Below are positions 26,335-35,464 of a DNA stretch of 64,000 bases, piece after piece; position 1 is the stretch's first letter; every line of letters begins with the position of its first letter. A program made the position numbers and the translations under genes. The notes beneath the pieces are model-generated. The model saw only the letters and a list, made by a program, of their open reading frames with translations. It was not told the DNA's origin and did not search any database. Source of the stretch: Candidatus Eiseniibacteriota bacterium (lineage in GTDB: Bacteria > Eisenbacteria > RBG-16-71-46 > JABDJR01); assembly GCA_963783375.1 (NCBI GenBank), contig CAWANH010000028.1, forward strand, positions 288,001 to 352,000, given 5' to 3'.

Positions 26335-26682
26335 TTATCCACGCGTTTTCGACACGTCCCGGACCCAGCAGTACGCGGCCACCGTAGCCGGCATTCCCAG
26401 GGTTCCCGCGGCCAGGGCCACCACCTGCTCCAGCTCCTCAGGAGTGATCCCGAGCGCCAGAGCCTTCCGCACGCTGGAATGGACCGCGCCTTCCTGGCGA
26501 GCTCCGATGGCAATGCCGAGCTTCACCAGCCGCCGGGTCTTCTCGTCGAGAGGTCCGGCGTTCTTTCCTCCGGCGTTCACGAATTCCCAGGCCTTTCCCA
26601 GCTCCGGGAATCGCTCCACGAACTCGTCGTGGATACGCGGCGGCTTGGGAAGTTTGGTCTTGGCGGGTTTCCTGGTGGCCAT
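26335..26682 (-). CDS. Carboxymuconolactone decarboxylase (CMD/AhpD) family protein
   Basis: GPLDEKTRRLVKLGIAIGARQEGAVHSSVRKALALGITPEEL. Confidence 0.85.
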   Translation of the reverse strand: MATRKPAKTKLPKPPRIHDEFVERFPELGKAWEFVNAGGKNAGPLDEKTRRLVKLGIAIGARQEGAVHSSVRKALALGITPEELEQVVALAAGTLGMPATVAAYCWVRDVSKTRG

Positions 26683-26686
26683 CGTG

Positions 26687-27106
26687 TCACTCTCCCATGA
26701 TCTGCGCGGTGATTCTCCGCTCCCGAGCGCGGGTGTCGAAGTCGCACAGGATGATCTGCTGCCAGGTCCCCAGCGTCAACCGCCCACCCACGAACGGCAC
26801 GGTGAGGCTCGGTCCGAGGAGCGCCGCGCGCACGTGGGCATGGCCGTTGTCGTCCCCCCAGCGCAGGTGATGGCGGTACTCCCGGCCCGCCGGAGCCACC
26901 TCGTCGAAGAGGCGCTGGAAATCCGAGACCGCCCCCGGCTCGAACTCGATGGTGGTGAGGCCCGCAGTGGAGCCGGGCACGAACAGGGTGAGCAACCCGT
27001 CGGTTAGCCCGCTCTCCCGCACCGCCTGCTCGGCGTCCGCGGTGAGATCCCGGGTGTCGCCGTTCCCCCGGGTCCGGCAGGTGATGCTCGCGGTTCGAAC
27101 CGCCAT
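26687..27106 (-). CDS. yjbQ: YjbQ/UPF0047 family protein
   Basis: Motifs GSTAGLTTIEFEPG, DDNGHAHVRAALLG and LGTWQQIILCDFD. Confidence 0.9.
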   Translation of the reverse strand: MAVRTASITCRTRGNGDTRDLTADAEQAVRESGLTDGLLTLFVPGSTAGLTTIEFEPGAVSDFQRLFDEVAPAGREYRHHLRWGDDNGHAHVRAALLGPSLTVPFVGGRLTLGTWQQIILCDFDTRARERRITAQIMGE

Positions 27107-27122
27107 CGCGCGCTCCTCCCTT

Positions 27123-28130
27123 TCATCTTGAATCGCGGCCGGTTCGAGGAGGGTCCGACGGGCCCGTATCCCCCGCTCCGGTCAGTAGATCATGGGTCTT
27201 CATCCAACCCAGAACCGCCTCGATCAACCGGGGCATCATCTCGTTCTCGTCGATCACCTTGTGTCCGGTCTCGAGCCAGAGCAGTTCCTTCGGCTCCCCT
27301 GCCGCATCGTAGAGAGCGAGCACCGACGCACGGGGGATGATCCTGTCACCGGATCCGTTCACCATCAAGAGCGGTCGCGGGGAGATCCGCGCCGCGTAGC
27401 GGGAGGGCTCGAGTCGATCGAGCCACGGGTTCATGGCCAGCGCAACCCCCGCCCGGAACCAGCGCGGCCCCCAGGGGAGGTTCTCCGCCACCACCCGCCG
27501 GACGTCGCCGCCGCCGTAGAGGACGGCCACCCCGGCGAAGCCGGGATCCGCCGAACCGGCGATCACCGCGGCGAACGCTCCCAGGCTCGCGCCGGCCACG
27601 GTGATCCGGCGGGGATCCACGTCCGGGCGCGTGCGGAGATACTCCAGGGCGAGAAGCAGCCCGCTCACCGAGGCCTCGGCCCCGCGCGCCGCCCGGGGGA
27701 GCGCGCGAAAGAACCCCACCGGTCCGGGAAACCGCGTGGGGGGGACGTAGGGATAGTCGAAGGAGAGGCGCACCAGCGCGAGGTCGGGGGAGGGCAGATG
27801 ATCGAGGGCCCGCCGCCCGGCCTGGATCCCCCCCAGAACGAGGAGCCCGGGGAGTCGGCCGCCGATGCCGGCCGGCCGTTCCACCCGGCAGATCAGTATC
27901 TGCCCGGCGCCTCCCGCCAGTCGGATCTCCTCCCGCAAGAGTCCCGGGACGGGCGAGGAACGGTCGATCGTATCGACACGCGACGAGATCCCCCCCAGGC
28001 TTCGAACCCGCGCCTCGGACCAGGGACTCCGCGGAAGAATCACCCAAAGGAGCACGGCGAGGACCGCCGCCGGCGGGAGCACCCGGACCAGGCGGGGCCC
28101 AAGGCGAGGAAACGGGCGGGCTTCACGCAT
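27123..28130 (-). CDS. Alpha/beta hydrolase with N-terminal membrane anchor
   Basis: Nucleophile elbow GASLG; NGSGDRIIP (Asp); ETGH (His). Confidence 0.8.
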   Translation of the reverse strand: MREARPFPRLGPRLVRVLPPAAVLAVLLWVILPRSPWSEARVRSLGGISSRVDTIDRSSPVPGLLREEIRLAGGAGQILICRVERPAGIGGRLPGLLVLGGIQAGRRALDHLPSPDLALVRLSFDYPYVPPTRFPGPVGFFRALPRAARGAEASVSGLLLALEYLRTRPDVDPRRITVAGASLGAFAAVIAGSADPGFAGVAVLYGGGDVRRVVAENLPWGPRWFRAGVALAMNPWLDRLEPSRYAARISPRPLLMVNGSGDRIIPRASVLALYDAAGEPKELLWLETGHKVIDENEMMPRLIEAVLGWMKTHDLLTGAGDTGPSDPPRTGRDSR

Positions 28131-28374
28131 GGACGGCTCCAGGGCTCGAGGATCCGGACTCCGGGGAGACCCTCAGGGCTCCTTGTACCACGACCGGCTT
28201 CCGACCGCCAGGCGAGGGCGCCGCGGGATCCCCTCCACGGTCAATTCGTTGGAGGATAAGGAGTTGAGGCATTGCCGCGCGAACCCCTCAAGACTCATAC
28301 CGAATAGGAGCGATGCCGATAACCCGAGCACGGGCCGAAGACTGGCGGCCCGGATCCAAAGGGGGCCCACAGCT

Positions 28375-29943
28375 TTGTCGCACAAGAACAACCCCGTCCA
28401 GCATGAGGTGGAACGCCGCGGGTGGTACCTGTGGTTCGCCGCGTTCTCGCTCATCCTTGCATTCGCCGCCACCGTCCATGTTCTCCACCTCCGTCTCCTC
28501 GCCGTCCTGCGCGACTCGGGAGACGCCGGGGTGTGGCTTCGGAACGGGTACTTCACCGGCATCGGCCTCACCGGCCTGGTCTTCCTCTTCATCCTCTACA
28601 CCGCGCTGAAGCAGGTCCAGCTGCACCGGCTCCACGTCACGCTCAGCACGGAGGAGAGCGAGCTCGAGGATCTCCGCGCCCGGCTCTCCGAGCTCACCAC
28701 CCTGTTTCAGCTCGCCACCGCCCTGAACCTCGAGCTTACGGTGGACGCCATCCTGGGAATCATCGTGAGGCGGGTGGTGGCCGCGCTCAAGGCCCAGCAG
28801 GCCTCGATCATGCTCTACAACCCGAAAACCGAGCTCCTGGAGACCCGCGCCTACTACGGGGTCGGAGGGGAGTTCGCTTCGGACGGGAAGCGCCGCCTGG
28901 GGGAAGGCATCGCCGGATGGGTGGCCGAGCGCCAGGAGGCGATCCTCCTGAACGACGACGACCGGCATTCCGAGATGAAGCGCCACTACAAGCCGGAGCG
29001 CCAGATCACGTCCGCTCTGTCCGTTCCCCTCCGGGTGGACAGCGAGTGCGTGGGCGTGCTCAACGTCAACCGGATCAGCCACCCCGCCCAGTTCAACGAC
29101 CGCCAGCGCGACATCCTGCGGATCTTCGCCGAGCACGTCGGGGTGGCGATCCAGCGGGCCCTCACCCTCGGTGAGCTCCAGCGGAAGACGGTGGAGCTGG
29201 AGCGGGCCAACGTCCGGCTTCAGGAAGTCAACCGGATGAAGGATGTCTTCCTCTCCACCGCGAGCCACGAGCTCAAGACCCCGCTGACCTCGGTGATCGC
29301 CTACGCCGAGGTCCTGAACGATCACTCCGGAAAGCTCTCCGAGGAGCAGAACCGGGAGTTCCTGGGCCGTCTGCGCGGCGAGGCCGACCGCCTGCTGGGC
29401 CTCATCGAGGACATCCTGGACCTCACCCGGCTGGAGACCGGCAAGATCGAGCTCAAGCGCCAGACCATGCTCCTGAACCAGGTCATCCGGACCGCGGTGG
29501 AGACCGTGCGCCCCACCGCGGAGAAGCAAGAGGTTCTCCTCGAGGAGGACTACGACGACGCGGTGGACCTGGTCGAGGTGGACGAAGTCAAGCTCCGCCA
29601 GGCGGTGGTGAACCTCCTGGTGAACGCGGTCAAGTTCAGCCCGGAGGACGGCTGCGTGGTCGTCCGCACCCGGTGCGACGGCGGGGAGCTGGTGGTCGAG
29701 GTCCAGGACCAGGGGCCGGGGGTCTCGCCCGGCGAGGTCGCCCAGATCTTCTCCCTGTTCGGCCAGGGCGCGCGAGGCACGCCGCGCGGTTCGGGCGGGC
29801 TGGGAATCGGTCTCCACCTGGTGAAGGCGGTGGTGGAGCTCCACGGGGGTCACGTGGGGGTGAAGAGCTCGGCGGGCTCGGGAAGCACCTTCTGGATCCG
29901 CCTTCCCCGGAAGGGAACGTCGGAGATCACCGAGGCCGCCTGA
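28375..29943 (+). CDS. Membrane-bound GAF-domain sensor histidine kinase
   Basis: Two TM helices; GAF (GEGIAGWVA..SALSVPL); H-box ASHELKTPL; NLLVNAVKF, DQGPG and GLGIGL. TTG start is inferred. Confidence 0.9.
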   Translation: MSHKNNPVQHEVERRGWYLWFAAFSLILAFAATVHVLHLRLLAVLRDSGDAGVWLRNGYFTGIGLTGLVFLFILYTALKQVQLHRLHVTLSTEESELEDLRARLSELTTLFQLATALNLELTVDAILGIIVRRVVAALKAQQASIMLYNPKTELLETRAYYGVGGEFASDGKRRLGEGIAGWVAERQEAILLNDDDRHSEMKRHYKPERQITSALSVPLRVDSECVGVLNVNRISHPAQFNDRQRDILRIFAEHVGVAIQRALTLGELQRKTVELERANVRLQEVNRMKDVFLSTASHELKTPLTSVIAYAEVLNDHSGKLSEEQNREFLGRLRGEADRLLGLIEDILDLTRLETGKIELKRQTMLLNQVIRTAVETVRPTAEKQEVLLEEDYDDAVDLVEVDEVKLRQAVVNLLVNAVKFSPEDGCVVVRTRCDGGELVVEVQDQGPGVSPGEVAQIFSLFGQGARGTPRGSGGLGIGLHLVKAVVELHGGHVGVKSSAGSGSTFWIRLPRKGTSEITEAA

Positions 29944-30007
29944 CCCGTCCGGCCGGAAATTTCCAGGGGACCGCGCTCCGATCGCGCCCCGGCCGGCGGA
30001 CGTGGCG

Positions 30008-31216
30008 TCAGTAGGCCTCGCCGATGCTCAGATAGAAGCCGCTCTGGTCTTCCCCGTAACCCTGATCCAGCCGGAGCACCAGGGAGTCCTCCCGGCTCAG
30101 GACCATCCGCGCTCCCCAACCCCAGGCGAGATGGAACCGATCGGCCCGAAAGCGGGAAACGGTTCCCGCGACCTGGCCGGCCCCGACGAAGAGCGCGGCC
30201 CCAAATCGTCCCGCCACCGGAATCCGGTCCTCCGCCTGGAACGCCGTAAGCTGGCGGTCGCGGAAACGACCCTCGTAGTAGCCCCGGAGCAGCCCGGCGC
30301 CGCCCAGGACCGGCATCCGGTGGAAGGGAACGGTGCCGCCGGAGAGCCGGGTGATTCCCCGGAGCGCGATCACCTGGGAGGCGAACCCGGGGACATAGCC
30401 TCGGGCGTCGACCAGGTAGCTTTGAAACGCATAGTCGCTCCCCAAGACACGGCCCGCCCCCCCGACCTCGGCCTGGAGGAAGACCCCCCGGGAGGGGCCG
30501 GTACGCCGGTCCCGGGTGTCGAACCGGGCCAGGGCCGCGGCGGTCCGGGTCCACCCCCCGCTGATCCCCGGGATCCCCCCCGCGGCGAGACGTCCACCCG
30601 CCTCGGTCCGCGCCAGGCGGAGATGGTCGGCGTTCACCCGCCCCCCGAGCCGGAATCCGGCCCCGACGTCGCGGATTCCCTGCAGGTTCGCGGTGAACTC
30701 CTCCGGCGTGTACTCCTCCTCCGCCCCGACCCGGGTGTCGTTTCCCATCCCGTAGAACGACGTCGGGAACTTCTGGTAGGAAAACCCGGCCTGGATCTCG
30801 ACCGCCCCCTCTTTCCCGTACAGCTCGGTCCCCGCCGAGAGGAGGCTCTGGCGGTTCTGGGTATGGATCCCGACCCCGAAGATCGAGGATCGGGGATCCT
30901 CCTGGTTCCGCCCGGCCCGGGGCCCGAAGAGATAGAGGGCCGCCGCGCCGCCCGCGAACCGGGTCTCCGGCGAGTAGTAGAGAAAGGGGATGGGGATGAG
31001 CCGGGGGGAACCCTGGCTGTCCGACGGGGCCGCGTCCGCGGGGTTCGGATCGGGGATCGCTTCCATCACCGCCGGGGCGGACTCCCCGGCCATGGGGTCC
31101 GCCGGCTCCGAGGCCTCGGCGCCGAACGCGCCGGCGGCGGAGGCCAGTACCGCGGCAGCCCCCACGATCAGGGCCCTCAGCGATTTCCCGGGGAGCGCCC
31201 GACTCCGAAGACTCAT
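30008..31216 (-). CDS. Omp85/BamA-TamA family outer-membrane barrel protein without POTRA domains
   Basis: Signal peptide; YSPETR, FDTRD, LLRGYYEGRFRD and terminal YLSIGEAY. Confidence 0.85.
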   Translation of the reverse strand: MSLRSRALPGKSLRALIVGAAAVLASAAGAFGAEASEPADPMAGESAPAVMEAIPDPNPADAAPSDSQGSPRLIPIPFLYYSPETRFAGGAAALYLFGPRAGRNQEDPRSSIFGVGIHTQNRQSLLSAGTELYGKEGAVEIQAGFSYQKFPTSFYGMGNDTRVGAEEEYTPEEFTANLQGIRDVGAGFRLGGRVNADHLRLARTEAGGRLAAGGIPGISGGWTRTAAALARFDTRDRRTGPSRGVFLQAEVGGAGRVLGSDYAFQSYLVDARGYVPGFASQVIALRGITRLSGGTVPFHRMPVLGGAGLLRGYYEGRFRDRQLTAFQAEDRIPVAGRFGAALFVGAGQVAGTVSRFRADRFHLAWGWGARMVLSREDSLVLRLDQGYGEDQSGFYLSIGEAY

Positions 31217-31269
31217 GGGATCCCTTCCGATCCTGGACCGAGGCGGACTTGGGTCCTCCCCGGCGCCGG

Positions 31270-32130
31270 TCACTCGCCGTGCTTCTTGGAGAGGCGCTCC
31301 AAGAGCTCCCGTTCCGCCGGGGTGAGACCCTCGATCCCTCTCTCCGAAACCTTCTCCAGCAGGATATCGATCACCGCCTGGTCGCCGGACCGCTCCCCCT
31401 TGGGGAAGGGTACGACCTTCGGACGGGAAGGGTTGCGCGTGAACCGCCCGCTCGTCCGGGGTTGAGGACGGGGGATCCCCGAGGGGAACCGGGCCAGGAA
31501 GACGAAGAATCCGACGGTGATCCCCAGAATCAGGAGGAAGAGCCAGAGACTGTGACCCACCACCTGCGGGAAGAGGAGCGCGGTGAGGAGGAGCCCGACC
31601 AGGGCGCCGCCGAGGTGGGCGTCGTGACCGATGTTCCCGTGGCGGGTCCGGATCCCGTAGATCGAGGTCAGGACGAAGAAGATGGCGTAGATCCAGGCGG
31701 GGATCGGGAAGTCGAGGGGGAAGATCCGGACGCCGCCGCCGGGAAAGAGGAAGATGGCCGCGAAGACCACCCCGCTCACCCCGCCCGAGGCGCCCAGGGC
31801 GCGGTAGTTCTCCCGGCGGTGGAGGGCCAGGGAAAGGAGATCCCCCCCGACGATGCTGGCGAAGTAGATGAGAAGAAAGACCGGAGCGCCGGCGGTCAGC
31901 TCGATCGCGCTCCCGAAGGCGAAAAGACTGAACATGTTGAAGCCGAAATGGCCCCAGTCGGCGTGCAGAAAGGCCGAGGTGAGGACCCGGTGATACTCCC
32001 GCCCACGGAGCACCGCCTGGGCGTCCATGATCATGCGGTCCCGGAACCCGGGGTCGCTGAACCCGCGCATCGTCACCAGGAGGGTGACGGCGATCACCGC
32101 CAGGTTGGCCACGGCTTGGAGTTGGATCAC
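31270..32130 (-). CDS. Rhomboid family intramembrane serine protease
   Basis: Motifs FLHADWGHFGFNM, GASGG (Ser) and HDAHLGG (His); C-terminal IDILLEKVSERGIEGLT..E helix. Confidence 0.9.
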   Translation of the reverse strand: MIQLQAVANLAVIAVTLLVTMRGFSDPGFRDRMIMDAQAVLRGREYHRVLTSAFLHADWGHFGFNMFSLFAFGSAIELTAGAPVFLLIYFASIVGGDLLSLALHRRENYRALGASGGVSGVVFAAIFLFPGGGVRIFPLDFPIPAWIYAIFFVLTSIYGIRTRHGNIGHDAHLGGALVGLLLTALLFPQVVGHSLWLFLLILGITVGFFVFLARFPSGIPRPQPRTSGRFTRNPSRPKVVPFPKGERSGDQAVIDILLEKVSERGIEGLTPAERELLERLSKKHGE

Positions 32131-32285
32131 GCTCAATCCAGGCTGGAGAACACGCGGGGGCCCCGCGCGCGATGGGATGGCCGGCCGGGTCCGGTGACGC
32201 ACCGGCCGGGCGGCGGGAACCGCTCCGGGTAGCTTACCCCAGGCGTCCCCGTTCCGGGTACCCGGAGGAGGGGCCGGGACCGGAG

Positions 32286-33767
32286 CTACATCCCCGCGGC
32301 GGCGGTCCCCATGAAGGTGCGCATCCCGGCCACTGCGTTGTGGACGGTGTCGTAGAGCGGCCCCGGGTAGACCCCCAGGAAGAGGATACCCACCACGGCC
32401 AGACCCAGGGCCAAAGCGATGGCCGCGTTGGCCGGGATCAGGAAGGGGGCCTCGGAGGCGGCGGGCCGCATGTACATGAGGACCACCACCCGCAGGTAGT
32501 AGTACACGGACACCAGCGACGCCATCACGCCGATCACCGCCAGCCAGACGTGGCCCTGCTGGATCGCCGCCCCGAAGATATAGAACTTCCCGATGAAGCC
32601 CGCGGTGGGGGGAATCCCGGCCAGGGAGAACATGAACACCGCCATGGCCAGCCCCAGCCAGGGGCGCGACCAACCGAGGCCGGCGAAGTTCTCGATGGCG
32701 GTGCCGCCGTCGTCCTCGCCCTTCGCCAGCGCCACCACCCCGAAGGAGCCGAGGGTGGTGAGGGAGTAGACCACGAGGTAGAAGAGGACGCCGACCCCTC
32801 CCAGATCCGCCCCCGCCACCAGGGCCACCAGGACGTAGCCGGCGTGGGCGATGGCCGAGTAGGCCAGGAGACGCTTCATGTCCTTCTGGACCAGGGCCAG
32901 GATGTTCCCGATCACCATGGTGAGGACGGCCAGCCACCAGACCAGCGCCGTCCAATCCGGCCGGGCCGCGTCGAATCCGAATCCCAGAATGCGCAGGAGC
33001 GCGACGAAGACCGCCACCTTGGGGCCGGCGGCCATGAAGGCGGTGACCGCGGTGGGCGCGCCCTCGTACACATCGGGGGTCCACATGTGGAAGGGGACCG
33101 CCGAGACCTTGAAACCAAGTCCCACCAGGATGAGGCCGATCCCGGCGATGAGGAGCGGGTTCCCCGCCACTCCCGTCGTCTTGAGCGCGGCGGCGATCTC
33201 GACCAGGTGGGTGCTCCCGGTGGCGCCGTAGGTGAGCGCGATCCCGTAAAGGAGGAAGGCGCTGGCGAAGGCCCCCAGGAGCAGGTACTTCACGCTGGCC
33301 TCGTTGCTCCGGGCCGCGTGCCAGCGGAAGGAGGCCAGGATGTACTGGGAGATGGAGGCCACTTCCAGGCCGATGAAGATGGTGACGAGGTCGAGCCCGG
33401 ACGCCATGGCCATCATGCCCGCGGTGGCGAAGAGAATGAGCGCGAAGTACTCGCCGCTCTCCACCTCCCACCGCCCCGCGTAGCCCGCGGTGATGAGGAG
33501 GGTCATGAAGGCGGAGAAGGCCAGGAGCGCCAGGGTGATCCGGCTGATGCCGTCCACCGCCACCGAGCCGGAGAACGCCGGGGCGCCGGTCTTCATGGTC
33601 GCCGCGGCGACCATGGCCGCGAGCGCGCCCAGGGCGCAGAGGGCCAGGATCCCTCCCCCGGCGCGCCCCCGCCGGCCGGCGGTCAGGAGCAGGGCCAGGG
33701 AACCGACCACGGCCAGGATCACTTCGGGGAGGATGGCCATCCAGTTGACGGATACCGCGGGCATCAC
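32286..33767 (-). CDS. nuoN: NADH-quinone oxidoreductase subunit N
   Basis: Motifs EASVKYLLLG, FKVSAVPFHMWTPDVYEGAP, KRLLAYSAIAHAGY and GIPPTAGFIGK. Confidence 0.96.
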   Translation of the reverse strand: MMPAVSVNWMAILPEVILAVVGSLALLLTAGRRGRAGGGILALCALGALAAMVAAATMKTGAPAFSGSVAVDGISRITLALLAFSAFMTLLITAGYAGRWEVESGEYFALILFATAGMMAMASGLDLVTIFIGLEVASISQYILASFRWHAARSNEASVKYLLLGAFASAFLLYGIALTYGATGSTHLVEIAAALKTTGVAGNPLLIAGIGLILVGLGFKVSAVPFHMWTPDVYEGAPTAVTAFMAAGPKVAVFVALLRILGFGFDAARPDWTALVWWLAVLTMVIGNILALVQKDMKRLLAYSAIAHAGYVLVALVAGADLGGVGVLFYLVVYSLTTLGSFGVVALAKGEDDGGTAIENFAGLGWSRPWLGLAMAVFMFSLAGIPPTAGFIGKFYIFGAAIQQGHVWLAVIGVMASLVSVYYYLRVVVLMYMRPAASEAPFLIPANAAIALALGLAVVGILFLGVYPGPLYDTVHNAVAGMRTFMGTAAAGM

Positions 33768-35464
33768 TCTGTCCCCCCCCCGGCGTCGGTTCGGCTCGGC
33801 GCCGGATCCGCGCTCTCGCCCGCCCGCGCCGAGGCTTCGGCGCCGGCCGGCAACTGGTCCTCAAGGGCGGCGGCGGCGCCCTCCCCCATCCGGACCGATC
33901 CCCCCTCGGCGAGCACCCGGGCCCGGGCCGGAGCCTGGGGGGTGCCGACGTTGAACCATCCCGGGTGCGCGGTCTGGGCCGAGGTCTCCGCGGAGTTCCC
34001 GGTCTGGTCGAGCACGTGGAGCACCGAGGCGCTCATGGTGTCCAGGAAGGGTTTGGGATAGATCCCGATCCAGAAGATCAGGACCAGAAGCGGCAACAGG
34101 GTCGCGAACTCGCGCCCGTTCATGTCCTTGAGCTTCTCGTTCTCCGCGTGGGTCACCTTGCCGAACATGACCCGCTGGAACATCCAGAGCATGTAGACCG
34201 CGGCCAGGATGACCCCACTGGCCGCGATCACCCCGTAGACCTTGCTGTGGGCGAACGCTCCCAGGAGGATCAGGAACTCGCCCACGAAGCCGTTGGTCCC
34301 GGGGAGCCCCACCGAGGCCAGGGTCACGATCATGAAACAGGCGGCGAAGAGCGGCATGACCGCGGTGAGGCCGCCGAACTGCTCGATGAGCCGGGTGTGG
34401 CGCCGCTCGTAGATGATCCCCACCAGAAGGAAGAGCGCGCCGGTGGAGAGCCCGTGGTTCACCATCTGGAGGAGCCCGCCCTGAAGCCCCTGCACGTTGA
34501 GCGCGAAGATCCCCAGCATCACGAAGCCCAGATGGCTCACCGAGCTGTAGGCCACCAGCTTCTTGAGATCCGGCTGGACCATGGCCACCAGGGCCCCGTA
34601 GATGATCCCGATCACCGCCAGGGCCATGATCCAGGGAACCGCGGCCTGGGTGGCGTGCGGAAAGAGCGGCAAGCAGAAGCGGATGTAGCCGTAGGTCCCC
34701 ATCTTGAGCAGGACGCCGGCCAGAATGACCGAGCCCGCGGTGGGGGCCTCCACGTGGGCGTCGGGGAGCCAGGTGTGGAACGGAAACAGGGGCACCTTGA
34801 TGGCGAAGGCCAGGGCGTAGGCCGAGAAGAGCAGAAGCTCCTGGATGCGGCTCAGATGGGTGCCGTAGAGCTCCAGGAGATTGAAGGTCAGGACTCCGGT
34901 CTCCGCCTTGTGGGCCAGGGCCAGGAAGATGATGGCCACCAGCATCAACAGGCTACCGAACATCGTGTAGAGGAAGAACTTCACCGCGGCGTAGATCCGC
35001 CGCTGGCCGCCCCACACCCCGATCAGGAAGTACATGGGGATGAGCATGGCCTCCCAGAACACGTAGAAGAAGAAGAGGTCCAGGGCCACGAACACCCCCA
35101 GCATCCCGGTCTCCAGGACGAGGAGGAAGGCGTAGTAGCTCCGGGTCTTCTCGGTGATCGCGCTGAACGAGGCCAGGATGGCGATCGTGCTCAGGAGGGT
35201 GGTCAGGAGCACCAGGAGGAGGCTGATCCCGTCCACCCCCAGGTGATAGCTGATCCCGAACTGAGGGATCCAGCGGGCGATCTCCACGAACTGGAAGTCG
35301 TGCTGCGTCCGGTCGAACCCGAACCAGAGGGTGAGGGAGACCAGGAAGTTGGCCAGCGCGAAGAGGAGCGCGGTCATCCGCTGGGCCTTGGCCGGCATGG
35401 GCACGAGCCAGAGGAAGAGCGCCCCCAGAAGCGGCAGGAAGACGATGATGGATAGGATGGGCAT
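33764..35464 (-). CDS. nuoM: NADH-quinone oxidoreductase subunit M
   Basis: Motifs GVDGISL, FWEAMLIP, HTWLPDAHVEAPTAGS, LKMGTYG and LPGTNGFVGEF. Confidence 0.96.
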   Translation of the reverse strand: MPILSIIVFLPLLGALFLWLVPMPAKAQRMTALLFALANFLVSLTLWFGFDRTQHDFQFVEIARWIPQFGISYHLGVDGISLLLVLLTTLLSTIAILASFSAITEKTRSYYAFLLVLETGMLGVFVALDLFFFYVFWEAMLIPMYFLIGVWGGQRRIYAAVKFFLYTMFGSLLMLVAIIFLALAHKAETGVLTFNLLELYGTHLSRIQELLLFSAYALAFAIKVPLFPFHTWLPDAHVEAPTAGSVILAGVLLKMGTYGYIRFCLPLFPHATQAAVPWIMALAVIGIIYGALVAMVQPDLKKLVAYSSVSHLGFVMLGIFALNVQGLQGGLLQMVNHGLSTGALFLLVGIIYERRHTRLIEQFGGLTAVMPLFAACFMIVTLASVGLPGTNGFVGEFLILLGAFAHSKVYGVIAASGVILAAVYMLWMFQRVMFGKVTHAENEKLKDMNGREFATLLPLLVLIFWIGIYPKPFLDTMSASVLHVLDQTGNSAETSAQTAHPGWFNVGTPQAPARARVLAEGGSVRMGEGAAAALEDQLPAGAEASARAGESADPAPSRTDAGGGTE